Source of the DNA: a virus
Lineage: Duplodnaviria; Caudoviricetes
Virus record (IMG/VR): IMGVR_UViG_3300003690_002946
Span: 1 to 57,482 of that record
DNA: 57,482 nt
Reading direction: 5' to 3' (one strand)
Below, piece after piece: positions 46,155 through 54,679 of the stretch. The notes beneath the pieces are model-generated. The model searched no databases. It saw only the letters and a program-made list of their open reading frames with translations, and was not told where the DNA came from. The position numbers and the translations under genes were made by a program. The first letter of the stretch is position 1. Every line of letters begins with the position of its first letter.

Positions 46155-46180
46155 CAGAACAAAAAGGAGAGTGGCCGCTC

Positions 46181-47086
46181 ATGGCAGCCGTAGTTAAGAA
46201 CGCCCAGACTGCCCAGGATGTTCCTGAGTCAGTCGTCGTCGCAGCACAAGCCGGGTGCCCGGATGCGTTCGCGGCGATTTACCGCAGACACCACGGGGAC
46301 ATTCGCCGCTACGTCTATCGGCGGATGGGCGGACACGAGGATGCTGCGGACCTCACACAAGATGCGTTTGTCAAGATGTTCCGGGCCATCGGGCGAACCA
46401 ATGGCCGACCGCTGAAGATACTCCCCTGGGCGTACCGCATTGCCACCAATGTCTGTCTTGACTACTTGCGCCACCGCAAGCTCATCCACTGGCAGACGCT
46501 CGTCACCGATGGCGACAAGAGAGACACGCCTGAGGAGCATCAGTATTCCCGGCAAGCCCAGCAAGCCCAGGCGATAGAGCGTCAGTCAATTCAGCAGCCT
46601 TTGTTCCCGCAGCCGGAGCGTGCGGTTGAACTAGCAGAGCTGGTCAAGGACGTGAATGTGGTCCTCGACGACCTCCATCCAGCCTATCGGGACATGCTGG
46701 TGCTGCGGGAATGGGCTGGGCTGGGCTACCAAGAGACTGCCGAGCTCCTGGGGACCACCCTGTCAGCCGTGAAGAGCAGGATTAACCGCGCCCGGCAGGA
46801 GTTTCGGCAGCGTTGGACGGGTACCTACCGGATGCAGGCGGCGCAGCGTTTGTCGGCACGGTTCGCGCTACGTGAAAGCCACATCCCCATCATTGCTGCA
46901 CTCCGGGCCGTGATTGAGGAGTCCAACCGAACCTCCTGGAAGACCAGCGAATTGACCGTGGCGGTGCATGCACGTGGCGTGGTCCTGCCTGCGGTGAGGC
47001 CATCGTTGGTTGTGGGGGGTCTGCTCAAGAACATCAAGGGGCTGGTCTACCATCGGGCTACGAGGGTCTGGAAGGTGGTAGACTAG
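46181..47086 (+). CDS. ECF-type RNA polymerase sigma factor with C-terminal extension
   Basis: DAADLTQDAF, WAYRIATNVCLD (region 2); YQETAELLGTTLSAVKSRINRAR (region 4). Confidence 0.92.
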   Translation: MAAVVKNAQTAQDVPESVVVAAQAGCPDAFAAIYRRHHGDIRRYVYRRMGGHEDAADLTQDAFVKMFRAIGRTNGRPLKILPWAYRIATNVCLDYLRHRKLIHWQTLVTDGDKRDTPEEHQYSRQAQQAQAIERQSIQQPLFPQPERAVELAELVKDVNVVLDDLHPAYRDMLVLREWAGLGYQETAELLGTTLSAVKSRINRARQEFRQRWTGTYRMQAAQRLSARFALRESHIPIIAALRAVIEESNRTSWKTSELTVAVHARGVVLPAVRPSLVVGGLLKNIKGLVYHRATRVWKVVD

Positions 47087-47140
47087 AGCCAGCCACCGCC
47101 GAGGGTGCAGGTTAGCCACGGCCTGCGATGGTTCGGAGAA

Positions 47141-47179
47141 CCACAAGAGCCAGCCGCGAATTGCGGCTGGCTCTTGTGG
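47141..47179. terminator. 17-bp hairpin between convergent units
   Basis: CCACAAGAGCCAGCCGC-gaatt-GCGGCTGGCTCTTGTGG. Confidence 0.65.
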
Positions 47180-47183
47180 GACC

Positions 47184-47225
47184 ACTGGTACGGAACCCTG
47201 TGCGAACTGGTACGGAACCCTGTGC
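47184..47225. repeat. 20-nt direct repeat x2, period 22
   Basis: ACTGGTACGGAACCCTGTGC at 47184 and 47206. Confidence 0.9.
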
Positions 47226-47531
47226 ACTACTAACCTGGGAGACCCCTGCTAATAGTCTTAACAAGACTAAGGGTGGCCAGGGGTGGCTTGACCGCCACCC
47301 TGCCCACCTCTACGATGGAGGCAACCCACACGAGAGGAGCTCCATCGTGTCTGAGCGACGTTCCACGAACTCCGCGACCAATGGCCCTACGACCGACCCC
47401 GACCCCGCGTTCACCCGCACCCGCATCACTGAGACGATTGGCGAAACTCCGTGTCTAGTCAAGCTCAGTGGCTTGCTTGGTGAAGTGGGCAGGATACCCG
47501 GTGAAGAGTGCCGGGCTTGTGTAGGCAGTGG

Positions 47532-48269
47532 CTACTCGACAGCAGCCTCCGCCATAGCAGTGTGCTGCTCACAAAGCCCAGAGCCTCCCTCGTCGTACTT
47601 GAAGACCATATCCCCGCATCCAGCGATAGCGCACGGCTCACTCCCCTCGTCGGCTGCATCCCCAGCCTTAGCCGCTACCTGTGCCTGTAACCGGGCCAGC
47701 GCCACGACCATAGCTGCGGGTGGTGGCGTGGTGCTGGCCGTGCGGATACCTAGCGCAGCGGCGCGTTCGGTTAGTGCATCCCATTCAGGACTGGCCGAAT
47801 ACGGCTCTGAGTGGGCCTCCTGGGGTCGTGCGGGTGGTCCCTGTGTGGTTGGCCTACTTGCTGCTCCACGGCTCGCTACGGCGTTCTGTGTGCGTTTCCG
47901 TGGCGCTGGTGCCGACTCGCGGCGAGGCGCACGCCCGGTTGACTGCACTTCTTCTGCTCCAGCAATTCCCTGGTCACTCCCAGGGTAGCCAGCCATTGCC
48001 AGCGCACGCCCCACGGCGCTCGTTTCTGCGACCTCGTGGGGGAATAGGGACTCTGGCTTGTTTCCCGTTGCGTCCAGCGTGACCCGGACGTGTCCCAGGA
48101 AGGAACGGCCATCCACAAAGACCACGGTTGCCAGAGCCAGAAGCTCGCCGCCTACCTCACAGAACTCGGTGGCAACGCTTTTAATTCCAACCGGGACCGT
48201 GTCGCCATGAGCAGCCACGATCCTCTCAGAAACGGTGCGGTAGGAAGTGCCCCTGATGTCTACAGGCAT
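47532..48269 (-). CDS. Putative single-strand annealing recombinase (Rad52/Erf-like)
   Basis: Y.TVSERI, AETSAVGRAL, IAGAEEV; AGGAG SD. Confidence 0.65.
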   Translation of the reverse strand: MPVDIRGTSYRTVSERIVAAHGDTVPVGIKSVATEFCEVGGELLALATVVFVDGRSFLGHVRVTLDATGNKPESLFPHEVAETSAVGRALAMAGYPGSDQGIAGAEEVQSTGRAPRRESAPAPRKRTQNAVASRGAASRPTTQGPPARPQEAHSEPYSASPEWDALTERAAALGIRTASTTPPPAAMVVALARLQAQVAAKAGDAADEGSEPCAIAGCGDMVFKYDEGGSGLCEQHTAMAEAAVE

Positions 48270-48466
48270 TTTGCATCTCCTATTGCCCACTCGACAGTAT
48301 TCGTTAGCGGAACGTACCTTCCGTGGATGCGGTAATAGTCACAGATGTCCTGTGCTGCGCGTTTGCTCCTGAATCCAGCCTGCGTTGTGGCCCCGGTTGT
48401 CGTGTCTACGATTCGCCACCACCCCGGCATCATGTCCTTCTTGGTAACGATCCACCTAGCTGCCAT
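48260..48466 (-). CDS. Hypothetical protein
   Basis: GAGGTG SD. Confidence 0.6.
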   Translation of the reverse strand: MAARWIVTKKDMMPGWWRIVDTTTGATTQAGFRSKRAAQDICDYYRIHGRYVPLTNTVEWAIGDAKCL

Positions 48467-48549
48467 TCCCCACCTCTCCTTTTTTCTCTTCAGTGTGTTG
48501 GTCCCCGGCCATCTCCCCCGGTTATCCCACGCCCCACTAGCTCAGGGGT

Positions 48550-48587
48550 CATTACACACACCCCCCCTAAAGGGGGTGTGTGTAATG
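48550..48587. repeat. 16-bp-arm palindrome
   Basis: CATTACACACACCCCC-cctaaa-GGGGGTGTGTGTAATG. Confidence 0.85.
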
Positions 48588-48589
48588 CC

Positions 48590-48793
48590 CTAGCCTTGGG
48601 CTGGTACAAGAAGTTTCCTCAGAAGCGCAAGCTCGGCTTTCTCTGCACTTAGCTGCCTCCCCCTGGCGTGACCAGCACGAACATGGTCCTCGCGTGGCAG
48701 GTTGCGGTGGCGAGGCCAATGTTTCCGGCACCAACCGTGGATGTTCACTCGCCCTAGCTTGCGTCCGCAGCCGCTTTCCGAGCAGGTTCTCAT
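48590..48793 (-). CDS. Small Cys/His protein (possible Zn finger)
   Basis: AGGAGG SD; C.xxxx.C...CRKH. Confidence 0.65.
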   Translation of the reverse strand: MRTCSESGCGRKLGRVNIHGWCRKHWPRHRNLPREDHVRAGHARGRQLSAEKAELALLRKLLVPAQG

Positions 48794-48804
48794 GGTGGCG
48801 TTGC

Positions 48805-48901
48805 CTCCTACTATTATCATAGCAGCGTTGACCGCACTTGACAAGGTATTCCCCAGGCACCTTGCCATCCACGGTCAACGCTGCTACCATAGGAGTAGGA
48901 G
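48805..48901. promoter_or_regulatory. Back-to-back promoters with a shared inverted 15-bp box
   Basis: Plus: TTGCCA-N17-TACCAT (48862-48890); minus: TTGTCA-N17-TATGAT (48844-48816); CGGTCAACGCTGCTA in both. Confidence 0.8.
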
Positions 48902-48911
48902 GGGACAACGA

Positions 48912-49118
48912 ATGGCAGCACGACGCACGAGCCGCGCACGCGCCTATCCCCCTGTCCAGTCATATCGGATGCTGCGGGTATCTGTGGCTTGCTCGCTACG
49001 GGACGAATACGAGGCCGCTAACCCCGACTGGCGCGGCGCCTACTGGCCCTCGCTGGAGGCTATCAACGAACGCATACGATTGATACGCCGGGCAAAGGCA
49101 CAAGAGGCTGCCCATTGA
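48912..49118 (+). CDS. Hypothetical protein
   Basis: AGGAGG SD downstream of promoter. Confidence 0.65.
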   Translation: MAARRTSRARAYPPVQSYRMLRVSVACSLRDEYEAANPDWRGAYWPSLEAINERIRLIRRAKAQEAAH

Positions 49119-49143
49119 CTCATTCTCATAACTGTGGTACGCT
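49115..49143 (+). promoter_or_regulatory. Sigma70 promoter with extended -10
   Basis: TTGACT-N17-TACGCT with TG at -15/-14. Confidence 0.75.
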
Positions 49144-49149
49144 GTGCAG

Positions 49150-49300
49150 GCACCACTGGCGGCGGATTGAGCACCACCGCCACTGTACCGCCGAATAGAG
49201 CATCCCAAGTGCATACCAGAACCTCTTTGGGGCGGCTGGCGCTGCGCTTGCTCAGGCGCAGGAGTCACTTGGGATCGCCAGCCGCGCCAAAGGGGTTTTG
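49150..49300 (+). ncRNA. Structured leader, C4/CI-like antisense RNA switch
   Basis: Long stem 49217-49241/49276-49300, inner hairpin 49242-49261, two segments complementary to upstream sites. Confidence 0.6.
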
Positions 49301-49302
49301 TC

Positions 49303-49551
49303 ATGGGCGATAGCTTGGACCGCGAACTAGCCCAGCAACGGGCATTGGGCCGCGAGCTACAGGGACTCCACCAGTCTCCTGAGGTTCGACTGGCTGGCCT
49401 ATACCTACGAGAGATGGGGCGCACGTGGGTCTCCCCACCACGGTCTTTACCGCAACGGCTGGAGGCGCTGCTTGCTCTCAAGAGGGGGACCACGTTCCTC
49501 ATTGCGGCCAATGCCAGCTATACCCGGAGGCTAAAGGCTCATAATGAGTGA
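49303..49551 (+). CDS. Hypothetical protein
   Basis: Follows the leader; overlaps the helicase start. Confidence 0.5.
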   Translation: MGDSLDRELAQQRALGRELQGLHQSPEVRLAGLYLREMGRTWVSPPRSLPQRLEALLALKRGTTFLIAANASYTRRLKAHNE

Positions 49552-50854
49552 GGGACGAGCGGGTGGCTGGCCTCAAGTGCAGAAGCTAGGGGACCACTAC
49601 GTTTGGGTGTATGACGCCCGGCACATCACGGTTGACCTCTCTCGGATTGTAGAGTCGAGGTCAACCGTGATGGCCGATATGAGGATAACGTACAGCAACG
49701 GTACGTTATCCCAGGTGGTGATTTCAGAACGTGTCTCTCTTATGTCGGGGCAAGCCGTGTCGGGCGTGGCACGGCGGCTGGCTGGCCAGCTATCCCCAGT
49801 CAATGGTACCGACCCGGATGATAGGCCAGACTGGGACGGACTCCTGCTCAACATCATTGACCAGACAATCCAGGAGTGGCGAGGTTCTGGGGCAACGGTA
49901 CAACTATCCCAGGTTAACTGGCGGTCACGGCCACGGTGGGTGCTCCGCCCGTACATAGAGCACGCGGGGTCAACTATCCTATACGCGGCCGGGGGGTCAT
50001 TAAAATCCTACCTGGCGCTGGCAATGGCCCTCTCGGTGGCTACCCAGCAGAATATCGTCGGGCTGGCCAGTGAAGAGCCAATGCCCGTGCTCTACCTGGA
50101 CTGGGAGGCGGACGAGCAGACGCACTCCGAGCGGCTGGAGGCGCTGTGCCGGGGCGTGGGGTGCGTCGTACCGGACAACATCCACTACCGCCAGATGAGT
50201 CAGCCGCTCCCCGATGCGCTTGATACCGTCCACCAGGAGGCCGATAGGCTTGAGGCTGGCCTCCTGATAATAGACTCCATGATGCCTGCTCGTGGCGGCG
50301 ATGCGAACGACTCCGAGCCGAACCGTCTCGTGTTCGATGCACTCAGGGAGATCGCCCGGCCTAGCCTCATCCTGGACCATGTGAGCAAGGCCGAACTAGA
50401 GAAGGACTCGCCTACGCCCCTGGGCAGTATCTCCACCCTGAACCGCGCTCGCAACGGGTGGACGGTGATGGGCGACGATGTGGATGCCAGTCCCAGGCAT
50501 GTTCTGCTCCGGCACCGCAAGACCAATAACGGTCGGTTTGAGCCACCACAATCCTACGCTCTGCGTTTCAAGGATGGCGAGGATGGCGAGTTTGGCCCGT
50601 TCACGGAGTCGGTACGGATTGAGCCTGTCAAGCCCGAGGATGTACCAGAGTTTGGGGTCAAGCTCTCGGTGACTAGCCAGATATGGACAGAATTGCAGGG
50701 TGGTGCGCGGTCCTCGGCAACCATCATTGAAGCGCTTGACGTGGCCCCCGGTGCGGTGCGGGTGGCGTTGAGTCGGATGGTCAAGGCTGGCAAGATTGTT
50801 AACATCCGGGGCGTGTACGGTCTGGCTGCCCACCAGACGGACGCAGACCGATAA
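49544..50854 (+). CDS. RepA-like (AAA_25) helicase with C-terminal winged helix
   Basis: AAGGSLKS Walker A, YLDWE, IIDS, LDH.SK, wHTH tail. Confidence 0.85.
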   Translation: MSEGRAGGWPQVQKLGDHYVWVYDARHITVDLSRIVESRSTVMADMRITYSNGTLSQVVISERVSLMSGQAVSGVARRLAGQLSPVNGTDPDDRPDWDGLLLNIIDQTIQEWRGSGATVQLSQVNWRSRPRWVLRPYIEHAGSTILYAAGGSLKSYLALAMALSVATQQNIVGLASEEPMPVLYLDWEADEQTHSERLEALCRGVGCVVPDNIHYRQMSQPLPDALDTVHQEADRLEAGLLIIDSMMPARGGDANDSEPNRLVFDALREIARPSLILDHVSKAELEKDSPTPLGSISTLNRARNGWTVMGDDVDASPRHVLLRHRKTNNGRFEPPQSYALRFKDGEDGEFGPFTESVRIEPVKPEDVPEFGVKLSVTSQIWTELQGGARSSATIIEALDVAPGAVRVALSRMVKAGKIVNIRGVYGLAAHQTDADR

Positions 50855-50859
50855 TGGTA

Positions 50860-50996
50860 GGTATTACACTTTTGTTACATCGCACAGACTGTAACACGGG
50901 CATTACGTGTAATGCCCAAAGCGGTGCGGTTCGCTGGTCCTCTCGGTTGGAACGGGTATTACTTGGTGAAACATTACATCGGCCAAACGTAACACA
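50860..50996. other. Putative replication origin (TTAC/GTAA iteron-like motifs and palindrome)
   Basis: AT-richer gap after helicase with repeated ATTAC/GTTAC/GTAAC and GGGCATTAC-gt-GTAATGCCC (50898-50917). Confidence 0.5.
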
Positions 50997-51040
50997 TAGG
51001 GCTGGGCTGGCCTCGCGGCGAGGCCGAAAGGGGCACGCAG

Positions 51041-51253
51041 ATGCAGTGCTTGACGGATGGGTGCGATGGAGCCGGGACGTATCTGGCACCACCACGGTAC
51101 CGGATGCGGCCACGAACGGCGGATGGGCTACGCTATTCGGTGAGGAAGCTCGTCGAACAGCGCGACCACCAGCAAGAGGGCTTGTGTGGCTGGTGCGCCA
51201 CGCTGGAAAACCGCGAGGTGGGATCAGCCGAGCGGTACAGGCAGGATCAGTAG
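51041..51253 (+). CDS. Small Cys-containing hypothetical protein
   Basis: CxxxxC...CxxC. Confidence 0.5.
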   Translation: MQCLTDGCDGAGTYLAPPRYRMRPRTADGLRYSVRKLVEQRDHQQEGLCGWCATLENREVGSAERYRQDQ

Positions 51254-51517
51254 GTGCCACTCTTCCGCATGGCATATCTGGTCCCAGCGCCGGAGCTATG
51301 GGTGCGTTGGCGGCTGCCATTCTATGAGGTGCCGCTACGGTGGCACCTTCCCGACCCGGCAACGGTGAGTCTGTGGGCGACTGAGGCGCTATGCCATCAT
51401 CCTGAGGTGGTGATGCCCGCTCTGAGGCGGACGGTGCTGGAGCGCGATGTGGATGTGAGCACCACCCCACCTCGCGGCGAGCGATGCCAACGGTGCCAGA
51501 AGAGAGGGCCGGAGTGA
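51254..51517 (+). CDS. Hypothetical protein
   Basis: Abuts neighbours; CxxC. Confidence 0.5.
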   Translation: MPLFRMAYLVPAPELWVRWRLPFYEVPLRWHLPDPATVSLWATEALCHHPEVVMPALRRTVLERDVDVSTTPPRGERCQRCQKRGPE

Positions 51518-52974
51518 TGGCGGAGCAGCAGATTGTGCCGGGCCACGTGCTGGCAGGGCTGGCAAAGCTTGCCCCTGGGTCGGTTCACGCCACGTGCTTT
51601 AGCCCACCCTACTATGGCTTGAGGGCGTATTCCACGACGCCGCAGCTTTGGGGAGGTGATGGCTCATGTGCCGAGCACGTCTGGGGACCGGAGCAGGTGG
51701 TGCAGTTGCGGAGCAATGATGACGAGGATGAGGCGCACGGGAGCACGCTACAGGGGGCACCCCGCAAGGGCCGCATCACCAGCCTGAACCAGGGGGCCTG
51801 GTGCCAGCGCTGCGGGGCATGGCTGGGCGAGCTAGGATCGGAGCCGACGCTGGCCCAGTATCTCGCCAACATGGTCGGGATCATGCGGGCGGTGCGCCGG
51901 GTGCTGCGGCCCGATGGGGTGGCGTTCGTCAATATCGCGGACTCGATGTCCAGCGGCGGGCCTACAGTGTCATCCAACCGCCGGCCGCTTGATCCATCGC
52001 GGGGCGGCCGTGCGTTCGGTGATCCATCGCGGGGTCGTGGTGCGGTCCCAGACATCCCTGCCAAGAACCTCCTGCTGGTGCCTCAGCGCCTCGTCATCGC
52101 GTTCCAGGACGATGGCTGGATCGTTCGCAGCGACATCATCTTGACCAAAAATGCGCCCATGCCCGGCAGCCAGCGGGACCGCCCCACGACGGCCTATGAG
52201 CACCTGCTGATGCTGACGCGGCAGCCGCATTACTGGTTTGACTTAGATGCAGTGAGGGAGCCACACAAGCGGCTCTGGGACGAAACCAATGGGGGAAGCT
52301 GGGCACATGCTGTTCGTGAGGATCACCCGTCGGGTAGCAGTGCGCTGTCGCACCGAGGCGGCTACCCGCTGCCCAACCCCGGCGGCCGCACACCGCACGA
52401 TTGGATGCCCTGGGAGCACCGGGGCAGCGACTACGCCCACTGCCTCGGCTGCGACGCCTATTATGCTGGCCGGCACCAGGTCAACCGTATCCCGCTGGTC
52501 GAGGGCGACGATGGCCGCAAGCTGAGGAAGTGCCCGAGTTGTGGGGAGGCGGACCAGTGGGCCGACCACTACGCAGCCTTCCCCGAGTTCATTCCCCGGT
52601 TTGCGATCAACGCGGCCTGTCCGGACAAGACGTGCCCGGAGTGTGGTGCGGGTTGGGTTCGGGAGGTGGAGAAAACCAGCGATGTTGGGCGTCCGAGGGG
52701 CATTGATCCGTCCCAGTATCGCGCTCACGGGGGGCCGCAGCAGGGACGAATAATCACGTCGAGGCACACCATCGGCTGGCGGCCTGGCTGCGACCACCCG
52801 CACGACGAGGCCGACACGGTGCCTGGCACGGTGCTCGATCCGTTCGTTGGCAGCGGCACGACCCTGCTGGTGGCCCGCGAGATGGGGCGCAACGCTATCG
52901 GCCTAGAGCTATCCGAGTCATACGTCCGGCTGGCCGAGCGCCGGCTGGGGCTGGCAGCGGTGCCGCTCCTGTGA
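51517..52974 (+). CDS. DNA N4-cytosine/N6-adenine methyltransferase (beta class) with Zn-ribbon insertions
   Basis: SPPYY, H.AAFP, VLDPFVGSGTT, GLEL; several CxxC. Confidence 0.92.
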   Translation: MAEQQIVPGHVLAGLAKLAPGSVHATCFSPPYYGLRAYSTTPQLWGGDGSCAEHVWGPEQVVQLRSNDDEDEAHGSTLQGAPRKGRITSLNQGAWCQRCGAWLGELGSEPTLAQYLANMVGIMRAVRRVLRPDGVAFVNIADSMSSGGPTVSSNRRPLDPSRGGRAFGDPSRGRGAVPDIPAKNLLLVPQRLVIAFQDDGWIVRSDIILTKNAPMPGSQRDRPTTAYEHLLMLTRQPHYWFDLDAVREPHKRLWDETNGGSWAHAVREDHPSGSSALSHRGGYPLPNPGGRTPHDWMPWEHRGSDYAHCLGCDAYYAGRHQVNRIPLVEGDDGRKLRKCPSCGEADQWADHYAAFPEFIPRFAINAACPDKTCPECGAGWVREVEKTSDVGRPRGIDPSQYRAHGGPQQGRIITSRHTIGWRPGCDHPHDEADTVPGTVLDPFVGSGTTLLVAREMGRNAIGLELSESYVRLAERRLGLAAVPLL

Positions 52975-53186
52975 CGATCACCTGCCCGATCTGCGAGCAG
53001 CCAGCCCAGCCCTATGACGAGACGCTGGCGCCGCTCATGGACACATCAATGGGGGTGTGGCAATGCGTGCCGTGTAACCTGGGTTGGGTGCCTATCCGGG
53101 CTATCTGGAACGGGAAGCAGGGCTGGGTAGCTGTGCGGTCTCCTGTCGTCCGGGACAAAGATGGGCAGATCAGGATGGAGTTTTAA
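52971..53186 (+). CDS. Small zinc-finger protein
   Basis: CPIC...CVPC. Confidence 0.6.
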   Translation: MTITCPICEQPAQPYDETLAPLMDTSMGVWQCVPCNLGWVPIRAIWNGKQGWVAVRSPVVRDKDGQIRMEF

Positions 53187-53187
53187 C

Positions 53188-53412
53188 ATGGTTGAAGTAC
53201 CACCCGGCAAGGTTATCTCGTGGGAGTATGACCGCGATGCGGGGATCATGCGGGAGTCGGTGGATGGAAAGCAGGTTGCGGAGCGGCCAATGACTGCCAA
53301 CGAATGGCGCAGTGCCGACTGGCTGGAGCGGCTTCGGCGCCACGAACCGGGGAGAGAGCGGCGAACCGCATGGCAACGGTGTATCGCGTGGATGCAGCGG
53401 CGAACAACATAA
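53188..53412 (+). CDS. Hypothetical protein
   Basis: GGAG SD. Confidence 0.55.
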   Translation: MVEVPPGKVISWEYDRDAGIMRESVDGKQVAERPMTANEWRSADWLERLRRHEPGRERRTAWQRCIAWMQRRTT

Positions 53413-53430
53413 AGGGGGGAGGTGTGCAGC

Positions 53431-53706
53431 ATGGGCATACGGGTGCCACTGGTCAAGGCTGTGGTGGATGCACAGGAGGCGATGCAGACGCAGACCGCGT
53501 CAATGGCTATCGCTATGGGCCGCACGGGGATTGCCGGGGGAACAATCAAAGTAGAGTATAGCTGGACGGGTTCGGACTCTGACCTACTCTACATTACAGA
53601 TATTCTGGTAGGGCTGGTGGAGCACAAGAGGCTCGCCGTGTTGGCGAAAGAGGAAAAACAACGGTTTAACGCATCGGGCCGGGGAGGGAGGAAACGACGT
53701 GAATAG
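53431..53706 (+). CDS. Hypothetical protein
   Basis: GGAGGT SD. Confidence 0.6.
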   Translation: MGIRVPLVKAVVDAQEAMQTQTASMAIAMGRTGIAGGTIKVEYSWTGSDSDLLYITDILVGLVEHKRLAVLAKEEKQRFNASGRGGRKRRE

Positions 53707-53893
53707 GAAGGGGATTGAGCGGCTGGCGAACGCGGTGTTGAAGCGTGCGGTTCGTGATGGAGAGAGAGAATGGTTAGAAACGAACGACTGGGCGGGTTTC
53801 TGGGTGAGCGCGGCGGGATACGATACAGAGTGCCTGCGCCAGCGGGTTCGGGAACGGTGGGCACAGATGGTGTGCGCGGCCCACCCACGGTGA
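53699..53893 (+). CDS. Hypothetical protein
   Basis: LANAVL.RAV.D...WL pattern of small phage proteins. Confidence 0.6.
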   Translation: MNRKGIERLANAVLKRAVRDGEREWLETNDWAGFWVSAAGYDTECLRQRVRERWAQMVCAAHPR

Positions 53894-53979
53894 TGCAAGA
53901 CTGGCCGTGGGCCCTCATGCTGGTCATCCTACTCCCCGTGCTGGCCGCTGTGGGGTTGACGGTGCTGGTGATGCTATGA
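53893..53979 (+). CDS. Small membrane peptide
   Basis: MQDWPWALMLVILLPVLAAVGLTVLVML; TGATG/ATGA coupling. Confidence 0.5.
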   Translation: MQDWPWALMLVILLPVLAAVGLTVLVML

Positions 53980-54329
53980 CCGCATTCCACCGGGGGTCAC
54001 TCGCCGCGAGTGACCCTGAGGAAGAGCTTGCGTTCCAGATGCACGTGGCCGGGGTGCCAGAACCGCAGCGCCAGCACCAGGGTATCCCCGGTCGTCGGTT
54101 TCGGTTTGATTTCGCCTGGCCAGAGCAGAAGGTATCAATAGAAGTGCATGGTGGCATCTGGGTGGGTGGCCGCCATGTCACGGGTGGTGGGATCACGACA
54201 GACTGTGAGAAAGCCAGCCTCGCCGCGATTGAAGGCTGGCTCTACCTGGTAGCCACCAGCGAGCAGGTTGCCAGTGGTCAAGCCTTGCTATGGGTGGAAG
54301 CCGCTCTGAAGGTAAGAGGGCTGGAGTGA
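53976..54329 (+). CDS. PD-(D/E)XK nuclease, Vsr/DUF559-like
   Basis: RRFRFDFAWP..KVSIEVHGG.W..GRH, DCEK. Confidence 0.8.
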   Translation: MTAFHRGSLAASDPEEELAFQMHVAGVPEPQRQHQGIPGRRFRFDFAWPEQKVSIEVHGGIWVGGRHVTGGGITTDCEKASLAAIEGWLYLVATSEQVASGQALLWVEAALKVRGLE

Positions 54330-54679
54330 GGCCATACCAGAAGACCGAGCAGATGGGCCGTGCCGAGGGGTCGAAAAAACAAAAGCTCCGGGCTGGCCAG
54401 AAACATCACACGGGCGTTGCAGGCGTGTGCCGACGATGCGGCTTGCGGGACGCAACCGACCGCCACCACATCACGGGCCGGGTCGGGCCAGAGAGTGAGA
54501 ACCCGGAGAACCTGATTGTTTTGTGCAGACCTTGCCACACGGAAATCCATGCTGGTGGTGACGTGGGGGTACATCGTGATGCTACCTGCCCACGACAGAC
54601 GTGTGGGCTGCCACTGTATCGGGATAGCTCGGCCTCCTGGCGGTGCGCCCACGGCCACTATTTCCAGGAGGAAGAATGA
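54326..54679 (+). CDS. HNH endonuclease
   Basis: CRRC..DRHHI...ENLIVLCRPCH..IH. Confidence 0.85.
   Translation: MRPYQKTEQMGRAEGSKKQKLRAGQKHHTGVAGVCRRCGLRDATDRHHITGRVGPESENPENLIVLCRPCHTEIHAGGDVGVHRDATCPRQTCGLPLYRDSSASWRCAHGHYFQEEE

Noticed and set aside
47128-47988. 286-aa plus-strand ORF
   Set aside because: Mostly the antisense shadow of the recombinase gene and spans hairpins; only the SD/GTG at 47347 is noted
49150-49300. tRNA or HDV-like ribozyme
   Set aside because: No T-loop, anticodon arm or CCA, and the pairing order does not match the HDV nested double pseudoknot
50854-51327. 157-aa ORF after the helicase
   Set aside because: Low-complexity translation overlapping the origin-like region and better-supported small ORFs
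53976-54679. Restriction-modification system from the nucleases and MTases
   Set aside because: Small Vsr-like and HNH genes and orphan MTases are routine phage cargo and are not arranged as a cognate pair
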